Source: Candidatus Krumholzibacteriia bacterium (GTDB taxonomy: Bacteria; Krumholzibacteriota; Krumholzibacteriia; Krumholzibacteriales; Krumholzibacteriaceae). Taken from it: a stretch of 64,000 nucleotides of DNA. Shown piece by piece: positions 11,495-22,519 of this stretch (position 1 is its first letter; every line of letters starts with the position of its first letter). The notes beneath the pieces are model-generated. The model was not told the DNA's origin and made no database searches. It worked only from the letters and a program-made list of their open reading frames with translations. The position numbers and the translations under genes are program-made. The stretch lies in assembly GCA_963836185.1 (NCBI GenBank), contig CAWIIQ010000001.1, positions 2,112,001 to 2,176,000 of the forward strand. The letters are read 5' to 3'.

Positions 11495-12575
11495 CTAGCG
11501 CAGCTTCAATGTACTCATGCCCAGCAGGAGAAGCAGCGCGGCCACGATCCAGAATCTCACTACTATCTGGCTCTCCGACCATCCCTCGAGCTCGAAGTGG
11601 TGGTGCAGGGGAGCCATTTTAAAGATCCTCTTTCCCCTCAGGCGGAAAGAAGCGACCTGCAGGATCACTGATACGGTCTCGGCGACGAATACCCCGCCGA
11701 TTATCAGAAGAAGAAGTTCCGACTTGAGCAGAACGGCTATGGTACCGAGAGCGCCGCCGAGCGCCAGCGAACCTGTGTCGCCCATGAACACCCTGGCCGG
11801 GTGCGTATTGAACCAGAGGAACCCGAGAGCCGCCCCCACGACCGACATGCAGTAGATAGTGAGCTCGCCCGCCCCCGGCAGGTAGAAAATCTGGAGGTAG
11901 TCGGCGAATACAGCGTTACCGCTGAGGTACGCGATCAGCGCGAAGGCGAGGAAGCAGAATGCCGATACTCCCGTTGCGAGACCGTCGAGACCATCGGTCA
12001 GGTTCACGGCGTTGGATGTGCCGGTGATTATCACCATCACGAGGGGGATATAGAAGATCCCCCATTCGATGTACAGGTCCTTGAAGAAAGGAACGACCGT
12101 CCTCGTGCCGTCGGGCGACATCGGGTTGACATACAGATATATCCCGAGAGCGAGGCCGAAGACGAGCTGTCCGATGAGCTTGTACCTTCCGACCAGGCCC
12201 TTGTCCCTCTTCTTTATGACACCGAGGTAGTCGTCGATGAATCCTATGGCCCCTGTCCATACCGTCACCACGAGAGTGAGCTGGACGTAGGGATTGTTCA
12301 GGTCGGCCCAGAGAAGCGTGGGGATGACGATGGCGCATATCATCAGCATGCCGCCCATCGACGGGGTCCCCGTCTTGCCGTTGTGCCTTTCGGGCACGCC
12401 TTCCCTGATCCTTGCCTGTCTGAAGCGACGCGAGCCACCTGATCAGTCTCGGCCCGAAGATGAAGCATATCAGCAGGGCCGTCACCGTGGCGTAAGCCGA
12501 CCGGAAGGTGATGTACCTGAATACGTTGAATCCGAAGAAGTAATCCCTGAGCGGATAGAGAAGGTGGTACAGCAT
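11495..12575 (-). CDS. mraY: Phospho-MurNAc-pentapeptide transferase (frameshift near 12420)
   Basis: MLYHLLYPL...[10 protein letters not shown] in one frame; [44 protein letters not shown] in the next. Confidence 0.97.
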
Positions 12576-14002
12576 CAGCCGGCCCTCCTTCTCTCGCAGT
12601 CGCGCCTCTTCTCGATCTCCGCGATGACGGTCTCCATCCTCATCCCGCGCGAACCCTTGACCAGCACCCCGTCACCCTCGGCAAGGAGACTGTCGAGGTG
12701 AGCGGCGAGGTTGACCGCATCGAGAAAATGGCTGATGCTCTCAGGCGCCTTTCGCTGGACTGCGGCCGCTCTGTTCAGCTCGACCGTCTCGTCTCCGAGG
12801 GTGATTATTCCGTCCACTCCGGCCTTGCCGCAGAATATTCCCGCTTCCTCGTGGAGCTCGCCCGACGTCTTGCCCAACTCGAGCATATCGCCGAGGACGA
12901 GCCAGCGCCTGCCTTCGAGGGGCATCTCCATGAACGCTTCGACCGCCGCCCGGAGAGAGGCGGGATTCGAATTATATGTCTCATCGACGATCGTGATCCC
13001 CGCGACATCGAATACGACGCCTCGGCCCTCGAAGGCGCCTGCTTCGGCGAGGGCCGCCGCCGTTATCGGGGCCGGTATCTCCAGCAGCCCGGCAACGGCG
13101 GCGACAGCTCCTGCGTTAAGAAGGTGATGCCTTCCAAACCGCCGAATCTCCATTTCCTCTCCGCCTATCGTGAAGGTATATCCTCCACCTTCCCTGTTCT
13201 CGATATCTTCTATCCTTACGGTGGCTTTGTCCGAGAGCCCGAACGCGACTACCGGCGCCCTGGTCCTGCCCTTGAGAAGATCAAAGAATTCGTCATCGGC
13301 CGGAAGAACGGCCGCCCCGTTTTCGGCGAGCGACTCGATAAGTTCCGATTTCGCTTTAGCGACACCTTTCAGAGTACCGAAGAACTCGAGGTGTCCAGGG
13401 CCGATATTCGTTATCACTCCTATGTCCGGGCGGACGATGGCGCAGAGGTCCGCGATCTCACCCTTGTGGTTCGCTCCGATCTCGGTGACAAGCACCTCGG
13501 TCCCTTCCGGCATCGCCAGGATCGTCAGCGGCACCCCGATATGGTTATTGAGGTTTCCCGATGTCGCGTGTACCGAATACCTCTCTGAAAGCACCGCTGT
13601 CAGTCATCTCCTTGACGGTCGTCTTGCCGCTGCTTCCCGTTATCGCGACTACCTTCGGACCGACCCTGTCTCTCCAGGCCGCGGCGATCGCCTGCAGCCC
13701 CTTGAGCGTGTCCTTCACTTCGAATACAGGCAGCGCGGGAGCGGCGACCCTGGCAGCTTCTCCCCGTCCCTGTGCGACCAGAAGCGCGGCGGCTCCGCCG
13801 GCGACCGCTTCTGCGATATAATCGTGCCCGTCGGTCTTTTCACCATCGAGAGCGACGAAGAGCATACCTTCCGTACCGGTACGCGAATCGGTCGTCACTC
13901 CGCCGACGACCGTTTTATTCTGTTTATCTACCCTGAAGCCCGCCGCTTCGAGTATTCCCGCTATCCAGTCGCTGTCGACTCTGATGTCCGCCCTCCAGAC
14001 AT
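12575..14002 (-). CDS. murF: UDP-MurNAc-tripeptide--D-Ala-D-Ala ligase (frameshifts near 13990 and 13600)
   Basis: [66 protein letters not shown]. Confidence 0.95.
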
Positions 14003-14017
14003 TTGGATCCCAGCCTT

Positions 14018-15497
14018 CTATCTTCGGCTCGCCGAAACGGCGAGCGCTTTTTCCGCTTCCTCTATATCACTGAAATGGATATTCCCGTCGGCGAGGACCT
14101 GGTAATCCTCGTGCCCCTTCCCGGCAAGCACGACCATATCCCCTTCAGCCGCCGATCCTATCGCCATCTTTATCGCTTCTCCCCTGTCGGAGATCACCTC
14201 GAGAGGAGTGTCGATCCCTGACATCCCCTCGAGTATGTCCCGGATGATCGCGTCGGGATCCTCCGTCCTGGGATTGTCGCTCGTCACGTAGACCATGTCG
14301 CTGAGATCGGCAGCGGCTTTGCCCATCATCGGACGTTTCCCCCTGTCCCGGTCGCCTCCCGCCCCGAAGACAGTCACGAGTCTCGCCGGTGAGAGTTCTC
14401 GGCAGAAGAGAAGGAGCTTCTCGAGGGCGTCGGGAGTGTGCGCATAGTCGACTATCACGGTCGGGCCGCCGCCGGAACGGACCAGGTGGAACCTTCCGGG
14501 TATCTCGTCGATAGAGGACAGGCCGGCTGCGATCGATTCCCTGTCGGCGCCGGCCGCATGCGCCGCCGCCGCTGCGCCCATCGCGTTAAGCGCCGAAAAC
14601 CTGCCGAGCAGCCGCATCTCCACCGGAAGGTCGAATCCGGAAGCGGCTATCCTGAAGTTCGTCCCTGAAAGATCCGCGGCAAGACCGGCGCACCTGAAGG
14701 CAGCCTCATCTGAGGTACCGAACGATATCTTCGGCCCGGTGAATCTCTCTCCGACCCTCTTCACATTGACATCATCGATGTTATAGACGAGCGTCCCGGC
14801 CCCCTTGGCCCTGTCCGGTGCAGATGAGGCTCCGGACAAATGTCTCTTTCGCCTCAATATAGTTTTCCAGGCTGCCGTGGTAGTCCATGTGGTCCCTCGA
14901 AATATTCGTAAAGATCCCGATATCGAATTCGAGTCCGCCTATCCTGCCCTGGTCAGCGGCATGCGAACTGACCTCCATCACCACCGTCCCGCAGCCCCTT
15001 TCGAGAAATCCGGCGATTATCCTGTTCAGGTCGGAAGATGAAGGGGTCGTGTTGGTCGCAGCCCGCAGGTCCCCTCCAGTTCCGAATCCGACCGTTCCGA
15101 TTATCCCTGTCGGACCATGCGACCTCTGCAGTATCGACTGGAGGATGAATGCGGTAGAGGTCTTGCCGTTCGTCCCGGTAACGCCGACGAGCATCACCTT
15201 CGACGAAGGGTTTCCATAAAAAACGCGGGCGAGCGACACCTCAGCCGCCGAAGAGTTATCAACGACTACAACGGGAATGTCTGCTTCGACCGGATTCTCG
15301 ACGACAAGCGCCGCAGCACCCGCATTTACCGCATGATCCACATAGTCGTGACCGTCGGCCTCATGCCCCCTGACAGCCACGAAAAGCTCTCCTTCCGATA
15401 TCGACCTCGAGTCGGTCGATATCCCCTTTATCTCGACATCGCGCCATCCGTGCCGCGATCTTGCTTCAATACCCTCGAGCAGTTCTTCAAGTCTCAC
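14018..15497 (-). CDS. murE: UDP-MurNAc-dipeptide--diamino acid ligase (frameshift near 14825)
   Basis: GTG at 15497 after GGAGG; GVTGTNGKTST, TTP, MEVSSH, DHMDYH; then VDYAHTPDAL, GGDRDRGKR, DNPR (motif associated with meso-DAP), GKGHEDYQ. Confidence 0.95.
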
Positions 15498-17620
15498 CGT
15501 GCAGGCCCCTCCAGCGAGAACCATTCTGCTGCTGTACTTCATTTTCGATATGGCGCAGCGGATCGATACGGTGCTTCCCTTCGACACCTTCCGTCCCGCC
15601 GGCGGATCCTGCCTCAGCACCGTTCCCGATCCGGCGATCCTGCTCCTGAGGCCGGATTCGATCAGCATGCGCCTCGCCTGCCTGATCGAAAGCCCCTTGA
15701 GGTCGGGCACGGTGACTGCGGACTTTTTCCTGTCGCTTTCCGAGATGAACGATAGCCGGACCTTGTGCCCTTTTTTTACGAGGGTTCCCGGTCCGGGTAC
15801 CTGTGAGTAGACTTCTCCCTCGTCACTGGAGTAAACAGTCTTCAGGTCGCAGTCGTTCGCGAGCTGCACGGCCTCGGCGCATCGCAGCCGGAAGAAACTC
15901 GGCACGGGGATCTTTCCTTCGCTGGACTTCTGTCCGGCCTATCCTGATATCGGCGCCGGGAGCGAGAAGATCGGAAGCGAGGTTGATCCCTTCCACTATC
16001 TCACTGAAGACTACCGCCGAGGAAGCTCCCGCCGTAGTGCCACGTGTAATCGGGCTCCTTCAGCAATACCATGCAGACGAACTTCGGATCATCCGCCGGA
16101 ACGAATCCGGCGAAACTCGCGATCCATGTATTGTCCAGATACCTTGATCCATCGGCCACCTGGGCCGTCCCGGTCTTGCCGGCTGTCTCGATCCCTTCTA
16201 CGGCGGCGTTGACGCCCGTTCCGTCGACAACGACATCGCGGCAGAATTCCCTGAGTTTCCTGGCGGTTCCGCGAGAGATCACCTTTCTGACCTTGACTGG
16301 ATCATAGCTCCTTACCCGTTCTCCATCGGGATCCCTCACCTCTCGTGTAATCCTCGGGACCATCAGGTCCCCTCCGTTCGCGACAGCGCAGTATGCCATC
16401 GCCATCTGGAGCACGGTCACACCGATCTCCTGCCCGATTGCCATACTGGGAAGCGACCTCCCCGACCAGTCCTCAGGTTTGCGGAGCGCTCCCGCCGACT
16501 CGGCGGGAAGATCGATGCCTGTCCTGCTCCCGAAGCCGAAACGGAGGAGGAACGAATAGTAATCTTCCTTGTCGGTGTCCATAACGGCCTTGATCGTGCA
16601 TATATTGCTCGATTTCTTGAATGTCTCCTTGAACGTCAGCCAGCCGAACTCGTGGTCGTCCCTGAATGTCCCGAACCAGAAATCGGCTTTGCCTTCCTCG
16701 CCGTAGAACACGTCGTACGGATCCACCTCGCCCCGATCGAGGAGATACGCGCTCGTTACGAGTTTGAAGGTGGAACCGGGCTCGTAGATGCAGCCTGTCG
16801 AATAGAGTCCTTTTCCCGTCTTGACTATCCCGTCTTTCGAGCCTTTCTTCTCGGCCAGCGCAAATATCTCCCCTGTCCAGGGATCAACGACGACGGCTGC
16901 GCCCGAGGCCGCACCGTATCTCGAAACGGCCTGTTCGAGCTCGAAATCGACTATCGCCTGGATCCTTGAGTCGATCGTGAGATAGAGATCGTGGCCGTTT
17001 TCCGGTTTTCGCCCGGGCGCATCCGGTCGTCGGTAAAGTCTTCCTTTTGCATCCATGCTCATGAGCTTCCATCCATCGGAACCCTTGAGGAGATCGTCGA
17101 ACGCCAGTTCGAGTCCTCCTTTTCCGGAACCATCGGTTCCGACCGAGCCGAGAAGCAGGGGAGTCATGCAATGGAACGGATTGATCCGTTCAGGGTCCGG
17201 GTCAAGCCTGACTCCCGGCATCGATGAAAGCAGTTCCTCCTGCTGGCAGGAGAGCGAGACCTTCCTGGCGATCCGAATGTATTCGTCTTTCCGGTTCAGG
17301 AGACGGCGGATAAACGAAATCGATTTCGAGGCGGCGTCGGAGAGAACCTCGAGCTTTTCGTTATCGTCAGGAAGGTCCCGGGGGGTGACGCCAAGAACAT
17401 AAGTCCTGTGTGTGACGGCAAGCGGCATGCCGTTACGATCGAAGATGCTGCCGCGGCAGGCTTCCCATGGTACCTTTCTGTCCCGGCCTACCGCGTCTCC
17501 GAGTATCTCTTCACGGTCTATTATCTGAATACGGACGATCTGAAAGAATATCGCGCAGACGACGGCAACCGACAGTATCTCGACTGTGATCATCCGCCAG
17601 TTCTTAAAACGCATTCTCAT
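15494..17620 (-). CDS. ftsI: Division transpeptidase FtsI/PBP3 with C-terminal PASTA domains (frameshifts around 15500-16030)
   Basis: N-terminal TM, RGSIFDRNG, LTIDSRIQ, EPGSTFK (SxxK), KSSN (SxN), GKTGTAQ (KTG). PASTA-type segments (SQVPGPG, VPDLKGLSIRQA, RQDPPAG) appear in ORF 14781..15905. Confidence 0.92.
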
Positions 17621-18060
17621 CTGCTCTCCGGTACTCGAGCGGGAGTCGAGGGAAGGCTTCCCTCTCCGCCCTTGAGGGCCCAGCGGGCCATATCATCGTC
17701 CGTTATCTCATCGATGTCGTAATAGGCTATCCTGTGTATCTGGTCCGGCACTCCCGGCTGCATCCCCGCCGCTTCAGCGAGCGGGATTATGCGTTCCGCC
17801 GACGCGAGCCTGTTCCGGGTCGACATCAGGCAGATCCTCTCATCCTTGAGCGATTTGCTCAGTCTTGCCCCTTCCTCGATCTGCTTCGATATACCGTCGA
17901 GATGGACGTGCAGCGAGATATAGAGGAGTACGAGGCTTGAAAAGAATCCCAGGATGATCAGGAAATTAAACGGCCCCATCTTTCCCTCGAGGGCCCTTTT
18001 CACTATCATCGACAGGTGATCGATATATCTCTTTCCTGTTCCCATTCCTGATCCTCTCAT
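17617..18060 (-). CDS. ftsL: FtsL-like bitopic coiled-coil division protein
   Basis: Single TM, a heptad region and LASAERIIPLAEAAGM; located between rsmH and ftsI. Confidence 0.75.
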   Translation of the reverse strand: MRGSGMGTGKRYIDHLSMIVKRALEGKMGPFNFLIILGFFSSLVLLYISLHVHLDGISKQIEEGARLSKSLKDERICLMSTRNRLASAERIIPLAEAAGMQPGVPDQIHRIAYYDIDEITDDDMARWALKGGEGSLPSTPARVPESR

Positions 18061-18073
18061 TGACAGGCGTCTG

Positions 18074-18985
18074 TCACACCAGTCGTTCTGCGGCGCGAAG
18101 CCTTGCGCTTCGTGCCCTTGGATTCTCTGATATCTCTTTTTCGCCGGGGAGTACGGGGCGCCTCGTAAGGACCCTCAGCCGCGGCTCTATCCCGCAGACG
18201 CATTCAGGGAAATCTGAAGGGCAGGTGCAGCCCTTCTCCTCGGCCCTGAAAAATCTTTTGACCTTCCTGTCCTCGAGCGAGTGATAGCTGATAAGGACCA
18301 GCCGCCCTCCCGGAGCGCACAGTTCCAGTGCTGCCGGCAGGAAAGAGGCGAGAGCTTCGAGTTCCCTGTTCGCCCAGATCCTGAGGGCCTGAAAGACCCT
18401 GGCCAGCGTCGTGATCCTGTCTTTCCCGGGCGCCCCTCTTTCGACAGCTCCTCTAAGCCTTGAAGTGCGCTCGATACGTCCTGTGGAGCGTTCCCTGACG
18501 ATCTCGCGGGCAATCGCCCTGCTTCTGCGCTCTTCTCCATATTCGTAGATTATTCCAGCCAGTTCCTCTTCCGAAGCGGTGTCGAGCAGTTCTTCGACAT
18601 CGCCGTCATCCGGTCCCATCGCCATATCGAGAGGACCGTCGTTGAGATAGCTGAATCCCCGGTCCCTGTCGGCGATCTGGAGCGAAGACAGCCCGAGATC
18701 GAGAAGTATTCCCTCACACTTACCGCCTGCCGCATGCTTCGATATCTCGGAGAAATTGCCCTTAACGAGAGTAGCGCGGTCGCCGAACTTATCGAGCCTT
18801 CCGGCCGCGATCTTCAGCGCCTTCGGGTCCCGGTCGATCCCGAGAAGCTGGACCCCTTTTCCTCCCGCGGAGAGTATCGCCTCGGCGTGACCGCCCATCC
18901 CTACCGTTCCGTCGATGTATTTCCCTTCCCTACCTGTCATCAGAAACCTCACGACCTCATCGACCAGGACAGGCGTATGTATCAC
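18074..18985 (-). CDS. rsmH: 16S rRNA m4C1402 methyltransferase RsmH (MraW)
   Basis: HTPVL, DGTVGMGGHA, DLGLSSLQ, PLDMAM, FQALRI, SYHSLEDR, NPRARSARLR. Confidence 0.98.
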   Translation of the reverse strand: MIHTPVLVDEVVRFLMTGREGKYIDGTVGMGGHAEAILSAGGKGVQLLGIDRDPKALKIAAGRLDKFGDRATLVKGNFSEISKHAAGGKCEGILLDLGLSSLQIADRDRGFSYLNDGPLDMAMGPDDGDVEELLDTASEEELAGIIYEYGEERRSRAIAREIVRERSTGRIERTSRLRGAVERGAPGKDRITTLARVFQALRIWANRELEALASFLPAALELCAPGGRLVLISYHSLEDRKVKRFFRAEEKGCTCPSDFPECVCGIEPRLRVLTRRPVLPGEKEISENPRARSARLRAAERLV

Positions 18986-19377
18986 CTGCCGTCCACCTCC
19001 GACGGGATGTCCGCCGCCTCCTGCCGTCCGGCGGCGTACACACCCAGCTTCCCTCTTTCAGCTTTCAGATACCTGAAAGCCGTCCTCCAGTCAGAAAAAA
19101 CAGGGGTCATCTTCGTATTGCTTACGAAAGCGAAGATACTGAGGAGATAGTCGTTGAATCCGCTGAAGATGACCCCGGGGCTCCTGCCGATCAGTCTTTC
19201 GAGCGTCTGGAACACCGTGTAGTCGACGTGCCGGACACCGGCAAAATCGAGGATGCAGCATCCGCCGTTCGATGGCGATGCCAGGTGGCTGACGAGCATC
19301 TCGGCATCACCGCTCTCGATGATGCCCGAGATCCTCAGGACCTCGATGCCGTCGCGATCTGTCCGGTAGACTCTCAT
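18982..19377 (-). CDS. STAS-domain (anti-sigma antagonist-like) protein
   Basis: DGIEVLRISGIIE...ILDFAGVRHVDYT...VIFSGFNDYLLSIF follows the STAS fold pattern; GTGA overlap with rsmH. Confidence 0.7.
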   Translation of the reverse strand: MRVYRTDRDGIEVLRISGIIESGDAEMLVSHLASPSNGGCCILDFAGVRHVDYTVFQTLERLIGRSPGVIFSGFNDYLLSIFAFVSNTKMTPVFSDWRTAFRYLKAERGKLGVYAAGRQEAADIPSEVDGR

Positions 19378-19394
19378 CCCTCGATCCTGTCTCA

Positions 19395-19829
19395 CTAGTA
19401 TTCCCACTCACCGCCGAGGAAGGTGTCCTCGACGTCGCTGCTGACCTTCTCGTAGTCCTCGACCGACCAGATCTCGATATAGTTGAGGACTCCCACTACC
19501 ATTACCTTCCTGGGATTGCCCAGAACCTCGAGCATCACGGACGGGATCGCGACGCGTCCCGACTTGTCGAGGTTGAGCGTTCTTGATTTCTTGCTGTAGA
19601 ACCTTATGTAGTTCCTCTTCTCAGGGCCCGGCGGCAGCTTGTGCAGCTCGCTCACCACTACCTCGTTCCACTCGTTTACCGGGTAGAGATTGAGGCATTT
19701 TTCCTTGCCCATCGATATGACGTACATCCCGGCTGATGTTTCCGGTACAAGATGCCTGAACTTCGCGGGGACCATCAGGCGGCCCTTCGCGTCGATCGTG
19801 CATTCGAAATCTCCAAGAAAATTCTGCAT
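19395..19829 (-). CDS. mraZ: Transcriptional regulator MraZ
   Basis: FLGDFECTIDAKGRLMVPAKFR and LDKSGRVAIP (two DxxGR motifs), VVGVLNYIEIW; first gene of the dcw cluster. Confidence 0.96.
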   Translation of the reverse strand: MQNFLGDFECTIDAKGRLMVPAKFRHLVPETSAGMYVISMGKEKCLNLYPVNEWNEVVVSELHKLPPGPEKRNYIRFYSKKSRTLNLDKSGRVAIPSVMLEVLGNPRKVMVVGVLNYIEIWSVEDYEKVSSDVEDTFLGGEWEY

Positions 19830-19926
19830 CTCCGGCCTTTCAGAGGCCCTTCCCCATCCCACCTCACGGCCGGAAATATCGGTTGGCGCCGGCAGTGACT
19901 ATTTAAACATTTAGGGGACTAACCTC

Positions 19927-19969
19927 TCCATTTCGACCCACTTTATCCCACTACTCCCCACTGTGTCAA
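19927..19969 (-). promoter_or_regulatory. dcw (Pmra) sigma70-type promoter with MraZ-binding GTGGG repeats
   Basis: Minus strand reads TTGACA (19969-19964), 18 nt, TAAAGT (19945-19940). It is overlapped by three GTGGG pentamers at exact 10-nt spacing (19961, 19951, 19941) plus a degenerate ATGGA (19931). Confidence 0.88.
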
Positions 19970-20153
19970 GAGAAAATCTCCCGGAAGAGTGAATTTTATC
20001 GCATTTTAATCTGTTGTGTTATATGGCGTTACAAGAGTGGCATCAAAAAAGTTCTGGATCGATCGCTTTTCACCATCTTCCCCACCACTTACCACTGGCA
20101 GAAACGGGACGTGTCTGAAAGGAGGGTGCGTGACCGGTGAGACCGGTACAGTT

Positions 20154-20999
20154 TCAGTCCAGCGGCGGCCTGACGGCCCTCACTACGAGGGTCGAGGCGA
20201 GCAGGTCGAACGGGGGCAGGATCTCCAGGAGGCTCTCGAGTACCCTGGCCGCCGGAAAGAGGAAGTCAGGGACGTTCTTCAGCACGAAGATGATCCTCTC
20301 GACAGCTGTGACTTCAAAGCCTTCCCCGGCAAGGAGGGACCGGATCTCCCCGGAAGGCGACGGCCTGTGATAGGTGTAAGGATGGTAATCAGCCCTTTCG
20401 ATATCTCCGACGGGATAGCACATACCGGGGAGCGCTTTCTTGATCAGCGGCATCAGTGTGGCGACACGCTTCCCGGACTCAACGGCAGAGTAGTAATTCG
20501 GCGTGGAGAGGACAAGGACGCCTCCCGGCTCGAGCACCCGCATAGCCTCCATCACCGCCGCACGGCGGTCGGGATGAAAGACATGCTCGAAAGTCTCGAC
20601 CGCGGTGACCGCCGCGAAGGTCCCGTCGCTGAAGGGAAGGCCGCTCATATCGGCTCCGCAGAGACCCGCTTCCGCTCCGTTGGCCCCGGCGATCATTGAA
20701 GCGGCAGCGAAGTCGTTCTGTACTATATCGATCCCGTACGGGTCATAGCCGCGACGGCCGAGGAGAAAGAGGTTGTACCCCCATCCGCATCCGACGTCGA
20801 GAGCCCTGCGTCCCTTTCCTTCCGGAAGCATACCGGTAACAGTCACAAAACGCCGGCGGCTCAACCATCTCCTCGCCTTCGAACCGAGAAACCAGTTCGA
20901 GAGCAGGCTCGGCATCAGCTCATCCGGTATCCCGGAGGGGATCAACGGTTCGGGGAGGTCCTTCATGCTCAGGCCCGGCGCGGTGTCAGTCATGCTCAC
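20154..20999 (-). CDS. Class I SAM-dependent methyltransferase
   Basis: RALDVGCGWG, LPFSDGTF, ETFEHV, RVLEPGGVLVLSTPN. Confidence 0.9.
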   Translation of the reverse strand: MSMTDTAPGLSMKDLPEPLIPSGIPDELMPSLLSNWFLGSKARRWLSRRRFVTVTGMLPEGKGRRALDVGCGWGYNLFLLGRRGYDPYGIDIVQNDFAAASMIAGANGAEAGLCGADMSGLPFSDGTFAAVTAVETFEHVFHPDRRAAVMEAMRVLEPGGVLVLSTPNYYSAVESGKRVATLMPLIKKALPGMCYPVGDIERADYHPYTYHRPSPSGEIRSLLAGEGFEVTAVERIIFVLKNVPDFLFPAARVLESLLEILPPFDLLASTLVVRAVRPPLD

Positions 21000-22519
21000 T
21001 CACTCTCCCCCGCCGGATCAAGCCTGTAGAGTGTGTACGTCACGGGTTCCGGCTTGCGGATCCCGAGATTCGAGACGACCCCCTGCTTCAGGGCGGTAAA
21101 CCGGACGCCCCGGATCACCTTTTTATCAAAGCGGGCGGGGACACGGTGCCGGTCGATGAGATAATCGGCCCCCAGATCTAGATACAGCCCCTCGTCTATG
21201 ATCCTCTCGACATCGATCTTTCTGCGCATATCGTTTATCTCGGGAGTCACCAGGCCGCCCAGGTCGAGGACCTCTCTTCCGGAGAAATATCCTACCGCAC
21301 CGATATCAGGGGACGCGACGACCGATCCCTGCGGTGAATTTTCCGACAGCCATCTCCCCATCGGTACGATCACCTCGTGGAGCCCCCGGGAGAACTCTCT
21401 CGTCGGACGCACCGCCACTGTGAAGTAGAAGACCAGGCCCTGGATCATCGCCGCTCCGGCCATAACGACGATCACGCCCCGCACCGTCCCGGGGCCCCTG
21501 CCGCGAAGCAGCCTCGCCGCTCCGGCGAATCCCACCGCTATCACCGCTGGAAAGACCGGCAGGAGGTATCTCGAGAGGACGTGGAAATCGAATATCACAT
21601 AGACTGCCGGCAGAAGATATACCCACAGAAGAAGGAGAAGCGCCCCGCCTCGTGACACTCCGCTCCTTACATTGAAAAGGGACCTGTCGCGGAACAGGCC
21701 CGCGGCAGTGAAGATCGCCGCCGCCGCCGCGGGGATCAGGAGAGTAGCTCCGATCACCTTCAGGGGAACAAGAGCCGACACCAGCATGCTCCTGCCGAAG
21801 ACGGGCCGCCCCTGCTTGGCTCCGGCTGTCAATGGAAGGAACGTGCCTGTATGTGAATGTACCAGGAAGAGCCAGACGGCCATCAGTACCGCAAAGACGG
21901 CAAGCCAGAGAAATCGCCTTCCGAAAGGGGTCGATCTCCCGGTAACGGCGAATGTGACGAAGGCCGCTGGCACCATCAGCCCCGCCTCCGGCCTGGCAAG
22001 GCAGGCGAGAAACAGAAACAGACCGAACATGGCGCTCCTTGCGGCGGAGCGGGTCGCGCCGAGAGCAGCGAAGAGACATATAAGAACGGCAAGCATCGCG
22101 AAAGAGGATTCCATGCCGGTCGCGCTCCACCTCAGCAGCCACGCTTCGCAGGCCAGAACCACCGCCGCCGCGCCGGCGACAAGCCTTCTCCCATCGAGTC
22201 TCAACACAAGGAAATAGATCATCACTATCGAAAGCGCTCCAGCGGCCCATGACATCGCGCGGATCCAGACCGCGAGATCGCCGCCGGCAAGATAAACGAG
22301 AGCCAGCATTCCGACCCAGAGGGGACTGGTGGCGCCATACGACGGATCGCCCCTGTTGAACGAAAGCTCTCCCGCCTCGGCAAGATTACGCGCGTACTGC
22401 ATGTGGATATATGTGTCGTCTGTCATCGAACCTGCGACAGGGATTCCCGCCGCGGCGAAAAGAGCGATGCACACGGCGATCGTCACGATATCGATCCTCG
22501 TCACTTGATCTGCCGTCAT
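20996..22519 (-). CDS. Polytopic GT-C-type membrane glycosyltransferase (uncharacterised family)
   Basis: Multiple TM segments; TDDTYIHMQYARNL...FNRGD..YGATSPLW after TM1; GMES, RPEA, RYLLP, DIGAVGYFS, LDLGGLV. Confidence 0.75.
   Translation of the reverse strand: MTADQVTRIDIVTIAVCIALFAAAGIPVAGSMTDDTYIHMQYARNLAEAGELSFNRGDPSYGATSPLWVGMLALVYLAGGDLAVWIRAMSWAAGALSIVMIYFLVLRLDGRRLVAGAAAVVLACEAWLLRWSATGMESSFAMLAVLICLFAALGATRSAARSAMFGLFLFLACLARPEAGLMVPAAFVTFAVTGRSTPFGRRFLWLAVFAVLMAVWLFLVHSHTGTFLPLTAGAKQGRPVFGRSMLVSALVPLKVIGATLLIPAAAAAIFTAAGLFRDRSLFNVRSGVSRGGALLLLLWVYLLPAVYVIFDFHVLSRYLLPVFPAVIAVGFAGAARLLRGRGPGTVRGVIVVMAGAAMIQGLVFYFTVAVRPTREFSRGLHEVIVPMGRWLSENSPQGSVVASPDIGAVGYFSGREVLDLGGLVTPEINDMRRKIDVERIIDEGLYLDLGADYLIDRHRVPARFDKKVIRGVRFTALKQGVVSNLGIRKPEPVTYTLYRLDPAGESE

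Noticed and set aside
14781-15905. Apparent PASTA-MurE (FtsI-MurE) fusion ORF
   Set aside because: A GGAGG RBS and a GTGA start/stop overlap sit at 15494-15512. Removing one G from the GGAGGGG run ends ftsI there (GGPAR-stop), so this is most likely a homopolymer error.
5649-17620. Pseudogenisation of peptidoglycan synthesis, or programmed frameshifting
   Set aside because: Catalytic motifs are intact, no common slippery sequence is evident, and similar indels hit unrelated genes; sequencing error is simpler.
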